A DNA stretch of 64,000 nucleotides from an uncultured Dehalococcoidia bacterium (GTDB lineage Bacteria; Chloroflexota; Dehalococcoidia; SM23-28-2; RBG-16-64-32), in NCBI GenBank assembly GCA_964558415.1, contig CAZLDI010000010.1, forward strand, positions 37,520 through 101,519, written 5' to 3'. Of the stretch, positions 60,798-64,000 are shown piece after piece. Numbering within the stretch: position 1 is the first letter of the stretch; each line of letters starts with the position of its first letter. The translations under genes and the position numbers were made by a program. The notes beneath the pieces were generated by a model that had not been told where the DNA came from, made no database searches, and saw nothing but the letters and a program-made list of their open reading frames with translations.

Positions 60798-61166
60798 ATG
60801 GGCCGCACCCTGATGTACAGCGCCATCGGCGGCCTCGCCGTCTTCGTCCTGAGCGCGGCGTTCCTCGTCCAGAGTGGCGGCGGCTCCATCGCGCAGGCCG
60901 GCGATCGCTCCATCCACGACCTCTTCCTTGAGCCCGAGCGCTTCGACGGCGCGGGTGTCACCACGGAAGGCGTCCTGCGTCCGGGTAACTCCGGCGAGGA
61001 GTTCCTCGTTACAGCGGACGGTCTCGGCATCATAGTCAGGTCCGATTCGCTGGACCGCCTGCGAGAGTTAGAGGGACGCAAGGTGCGAATCTCCGGGCGC
61101 TTTGGCGTCGACGAGGATGCCGGCGTATTCATCGACGCCATCACGATCGTCGAGATCGAGGCTTAG
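60798..61166 (+). CDS. N-terminally membrane-anchored small protein with OB-fold-like (CcmE-like topology) domain, unknown function
   Basis: ATG 60798 gives MGRTLMYSAIGGLAVFVLSAAFLV (TM). Then ...DLFLEPERFDGAGVTTEGVLRPG..EEFLVTADGLGIIVRS...LEGRKVRISGRF. There is no heme-binding His motif. Confidence 0.5.
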   Translation: MGRTLMYSAIGGLAVFVLSAAFLVQSGGGSIAQAGDRSIHDLFLEPERFDGAGVTTEGVLRPGNSGEEFLVTADGLGIIVRSDSLDRLRELEGRKVRISGRFGVDEDAGVFIDAITIVEIEA

Positions 61167-61169
61167 GGC

Positions 61170-61568
61170 GTGGCGCTGAAACTGGACCAGCCGCTTCTCG
61201 ACGAGATGGTCGCCCACGCGCTCGCGGATGCACCGAACGAGTGTTGCGGCATCATCGGCGGCAAAGACGGCGCCGCGACGAAGCTATTCCGGGCGAATAA
61301 CGCGGAGGCGAGCCCCTGGCGCTACAAGGTGGACGACAAAGACCTCTTCCGTATCTATCGCGAGTGTGACGACAACGGCTGGGACTTCCTCGCGATCTAC
61401 CACTCCCATACCGCCAGTGAGGCGTACCCTTCGCCCACTGACGTCCGCCTGGCGTTCTGGCCGGAAGCCTACTATATCCTCGTCTCGGTGCAGGACCCCG
61501 AGAATCCCCTTGTGCGCGCCTACCGCATCCTGGAGGGCGCGATCAGCGAGCAAGAAATTACTTCGTAG
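61170..61568 (+). CDS. mec: JAMM/MPN+ metalloprotease (Mec-like)
   Basis: E-x(n)-HSHTASEAYPSPTD is the JAMM motif (H-x-H-x7-S-x2-D), with an upstream ECCG. GTG start. Confidence 0.88.
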   Translation: MALKLDQPLLDEMVAHALADAPNECCGIIGGKDGAATKLFRANNAEASPWRYKVDDKDLFRIYRECDDNGWDFLAIYHSHTASEAYPSPTDVRLAFWPEAYYILVSVQDPENPLVRAYRILEGAISEQEITS

Positions 61569-61601
61569 CGCCGCAGAACAGGGAGGGACCGCGGTGCGTC
61601 A

Positions 61602-62243
61602 TCACTGGCCGGGAGAGATGAAGTCTTTGATATCGATGCTGTACCCGCCCGCCTCCAGCACGTCCTCCGACCACTCGAACACGAAGACGCCCGGCGCGAA
61701 GGCCCGCTCGTGGCTCGTCAAGAACGTCAGCAAGAGCACCCAGAGTGCGAAGCCGGCCAGGGTCGCTACCATGATCCGAAACTCGCCGATCTTCGGATAT
61801 GCGGCCCGCAGCCCGTACGTCGTATAGAAGAACATCGCCGCCACGGCCAGGATCCCGAATGCGAACGCGAGACCGGGAACGAAGACGAAGAGCGAGACAG
61901 CGAACGGCAGGTGGCCCAGGCAGCCCACGCGCATCACACCATCCCAGGTAAGCGTTTCGCCGTACAGCCACGTCAGTAGCGCCCACGTGACCAGCATTCC
62001 GAATATCCAGAGCACAATCAGGAAGAAGGTGCCCAGGATGAACGCCTCCAGGAAGAACCCTTCCGCTTCGTCTACGATCACCTGGGACCACAAGAAGGCC
62101 CCCAATCCCGCAAGCAGCACGCTGACTGCGGCTGCGGCGAGCGCCCACGGCGTGAACGTCGCGTCGTCTCGCGCTTCCTCGAACGCCTTGCCGTCCAGCA
62201 AGAGCGCCCTTCTGATGCGCGCTACCACTTCGTCAAATTTCAT
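61602..62243 (-). CDS. Yip1-domain membrane protein
   Basis: The 213-aa ORF has an N-terminal cytoplasmic segment (RIRRALLLDGKAFEEARDD) and five hydrophobic helices. Confidence 0.55.
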   Translation of the reverse strand: MKFDEVVARIRRALLLDGKAFEEARDDATFTPWALAAAAVSVLLAGLGAFLWSQVIVDEAEGFFLEAFILGTFFLIVLWIFGMLVTWALLTWLYGETLTWDGVMRVGCLGHLPFAVSLFVFVPGLAFAFGILAVAAMFFYTTYGLRAAYPKIGEFRIMVATLAGFALWVLLLTFLTSHERAFAPGVFVFEWSEDVLEAGGYSIDIKDFISPGQ

Positions 62244-62423
62244 ACGGTCCTCCTCGGGCCTTTCTTGGTCTCAGTCTGCGCACTAGCCCCCTGAATAGTC
62301 AAGTATATCACTCAATCGCTTATGCGGATTAGCCACCGGAGGATCCCGACCCGTTTCCTTTGACACAGGCGGCCCGCGTAGTGGATCGTGGCCGTGTCTC
62401 GATCCCACGCAAGGAGGCGCCCG

Positions 62424-62615
62424 ATGATCGACCCGAAGGACGAAGCGGCCGTGCTCATGGCCCTCGCAGGCATCCCGCTGCCACCTGACCGCGCGCCGGC
62501 TCTTGCTGCCGGACTCGCCGGCGTCAGGCGCATAGCCGGGACTCTGGCCCGCACAGACTTCGGAGACGCTGAGCCCGCGGCGCGTTTTCGCGCCCCGCGA
62601 CCCGAGAGCAGATGA
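62424..62615 (+). CDS. DUF4089/AtzG-like small protein
   Basis: ATG 62424 follows AAGGAGG. The sequence is MIDPKDEAAVLMALAGIPLPPDRAPALAAGLAGVRRIAGTLARTDFGDAEPAARF. The position directly upstream of and overlapping an amidase gene is typical for this family. Confidence 0.55.
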   Translation: MIDPKDEAAVLMALAGIPLPPDRAPALAAGLAGVRRIAGTLARTDFGDAEPAARFRAPRPESR

Positions 62616-64000
62616 CCACCGCCGACCTCCACCGGCTCTCGATCTCCGAGGCCGCGGCGCTCATCAAAGAGCGAAAGCTCTCGCCCGTTGAACTGACGCA
62701 GGCCTGCCTCGATCGGATAGACCGCCTTCAGCCGCAGCTCAACGCCTTCATCACACTGACCGCGGACGACGCCGTGAAGACTGCGCGGGAAGCGGAGGCT
62801 GAGATTGCGCGCGGCGACCATCGGGGTCCGCTGCACGGAATCCCGATCGCGCTCAAGGACCTGTTCGACGTTTCAGGGGTCCCAACGACGGCCGGATCGA
62901 AGATTCTGGCGGGAAACATCGCCGCTGCTGATTCCGCGTCAGCCGCGCGACTCAGAGATGCCGGGGCCGTCATCCTCGGCAAGCTCAACCTGCACGAGTT
63001 TGCTTACGGCGCAACCGGCGTCAACCCTCACTTCGGCGCCTGCCGCAACCCCTGGGACACGGAGCGCATCTGCGGCGGCTCCAGCTCCGGCTCCGGCTCA
63101 GCGGTCGCCGCCGGTCTCTGTTTCGCGGCTCTCGGTACGGACACAGGCGGCTCCATTCGCATTCCCGCGTCGCTCTGCGGGATCGCCGGTCTCAAGCCCA
63201 CGTTCGGCCGGGTGAGCCGCCGCGGCGTCGTGCCGCTGAGCTGGTCGCTGGACCACGTCGGCCCGATGACGCGCAGCGTCGCGGACTGCGCCATCGTCCT
63301 CCAGGCGATCGCGGGGCACGATCCGCTCGACGCTTCGTCCGCCAACGAGGCGGTGCCGGACTATTCAGAATCGCTGGAAACCGGCATCGAGGGCCTGCGC
63401 GCCGGGGTCCCGCGCGAGCTCTTCTTCGACAACCTGGACCCCGAAGTGGAGGGGCCGGTCCGCGCCGCCATCAAGACTCTCGAAGGCCTGGGCGCGCGCG
63501 TGACAGAGATTGGCCTGCCGTACATCACGGAGATTCCCGGCGGCCTCACCGCCATCATGCTGCCGGAGGCGCTCGCGTACCACCAGAAGTGGATGGCCGA
63601 GCGCCCGAACGACTACGGCGACGACGTGCGATACCGGCTCGAACTGGGCGCCACATACCTCGCCGTGCACTACGTCCAGGCGCAGCGCCTGCGTGAACGG
63701 GCAGTCGCGGCCTGGCGGGAGCGAGTATTCGATAAGGTCGACCTCATCGTGACGCCGACGACCGCGGCCGCTGCCTCCCGGATCGGCGAAAGCGACCTGT
63801 CCGTGACGTTTGGACTGATCCGAAACACCAACCCGATCAACTTCCTGGGCCTTCCCGCGCTGTCCGTGCCGTGCGGCTTTACGGCGGCCGGATTGCCGGT
63901 CGGCATGCAGCTGATCGGCCGCTGGTTCGAGGAAGCGACTGTCCTGCGCGCCTCCTTCGCCTACGAACAGGCAACGGACTGGCACGAGCGCCGCCCGCCG
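62612..64000 (+). CDS. Amidase-signature enzyme (GatA/AtzE-like), 3' end beyond the right window edge
   Basis: Not in the ORF track because there is no stop. ATG 62612 overlaps the preceding stop (ATGA). Motifs: LHGIPIALKDLFDVSGVPTTAGS and the AS signature GGSSSGSGSAVAAGLCFAALGTDTGGSIRIPA. Confidence 0.85.
   Translation, partial: MTTADLHRLSISEAAALIKERKLSPVELTQACLDRIDRLQPQLNAFITLTADDAVKTAREAEAEIARGDHRGPLHGIPIALKDLFDVSGVPTTAGSKILAGNIAAADSASAARLRDAGAVILGKLNLHEFAYGATGVNPHFGACRNPWDTERICGGSSSGSGSAVAAGLCFAALGTDTGGSIRIPASLCGIAGLKPTFGRVSRRGVVPLSWSLDHVGPMTRSVADCAIVLQAIAGHDPLDASSANEAVPDYSESLETGIEGLRAGVPRELFFDNLDPEVEGPVRAAIKTLEGLGARVTEIGLPYITEIPGGLTAIMLPEALAYHQKWMAERPNDYGDDVRYRLELGATYLAVHYVQAQRLRERAVAAWRERVFDKVDLIVTPTTAAAASRIGESDLSVTFGLIRNTNPINFLGLPALSVPCGFTAAGLPVGMQLIGRWFEEATVLRASFAYEQATDWHERRPP

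Noticed and set aside
59729-61144. 471-aa minus-strand ORF spanning cysO, cysM and the OB-like gene (and 51851-53140 antisense to sir, 54956-55831 antisense to sat)
   Set aside because: It crosses three well-supported plus-strand genes, and its composition is typical of antisense frames in GC-rich DNA.
1-64000. tRNA, rRNA, tmRNA, RNase P or additional riboswitches in intergenic regions
   Set aside because: I inspected all gaps over 80 nt by eye and saw no cloverleaf-like or otherwise recognisable conserved RNA apart from the S-box. This is a weak negative, because no covariance-model search was possible.

Overview
This is a 64-kb bacterial chromosomal segment. G+C looks high, around the mid-60s % by eye; I did not compute it. 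I count about 60 protein genes and one riboswitch, and I could not recognise any rRNA, tRNA or CRISPR array. The gene content includes MurT/GatD, DUF11-repeat surface proteins, an S-box riboswitch, CysO/CysM/Mec-type sulfur-carrier genes and several apparently leaderless genes. That fits a high-GC lineage such as Chloroflexota or Actinomycetota, but the sequence alone cannot settle taxonomy.

Left to right:
- 1-1.7 kb: a partial NAD-dependent formate dehydrogenase, then TrmO and an endonuclease III-like gene.
- 2.1-4.0 kb: a membrane-anchored TIR-domain protein beside decayed STAND and BTAD gene fragments.
- 4.1-5.8 kb: hemolysin-III and a proline iminopeptidase.
- 6.0-14.4 kb: two paralogous cytochrome P450 genes bracketing two secreted proteins. 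One is a 1607-aa protein combining BNR/Asp-box motifs, Cys/Asp-rich modules and DUF11 repeats.
- 14.5-22.4 kb: ychF, VOC, XdhC, aquaporin, a PNPOx-like gene and a 1317-aa 5xPAS-GGDEF-EAL protein.
- 22.9-27.6 kb: a turnover hotspot. It holds a truncated hsdR, an IS3 orfA stub, and an AT-richer island. The island carries a DUF1156-type Zn-ribbon methyltransferase, an overlapping PD-(D/E)XK-like ORF and a stand-alone WYL protein. A palindrome-controlled hypothetical gene follows.
- 27.9-30.7 kb: a Zn-dependent dehydrogenase, a Kelch lipoprotein and a SnoaL-like gene.
- 30.7-37.5 kb: a CsoR-headed copper cluster containing an ABC ATPase-YHS fusion and CopA.
- 37.5-45.8 kb: Eis-like GNAT, murT-gatD, copZ-like, LysM-M23, resA-resB, lgt and a glutaredoxin-like gene.
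- 45.9-49.2 kb: a wHTH regulator plus a second large Cys/Asp-repeat secreted protein.
- 49.3-61.6 kb: a sulfur supercluster. It starts with an S-box riboswitch, then a ThrC-like gene, a NIL gene and a ThiS-like gene. Next come sulfite reductase, APS reductase, ATP sulfurylase, a Na/Pi-family permease, Rrf2 and CysK. It ends with a Ubl-E1 fusion, CysO, CysM, a TM/OB-like protein and a JAMM protease.
- 61.6-64.0 kb: Yip1, an AtzG-like small protein and a partial amidase.

The most interesting candidates are:
- the methylase/nuclease/WYL island;
- the SAM-controlled ThrC-like/NIL/carrier module;
- the Ubl-E1 fusion;
- the TIR receptor-like protein;
- the Cys/Asp-rich repeat family;
- a recurring TATAAT-N6-start (leaderless) architecture.

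All homology statements rest on motif recognition by eye. No database search was run.
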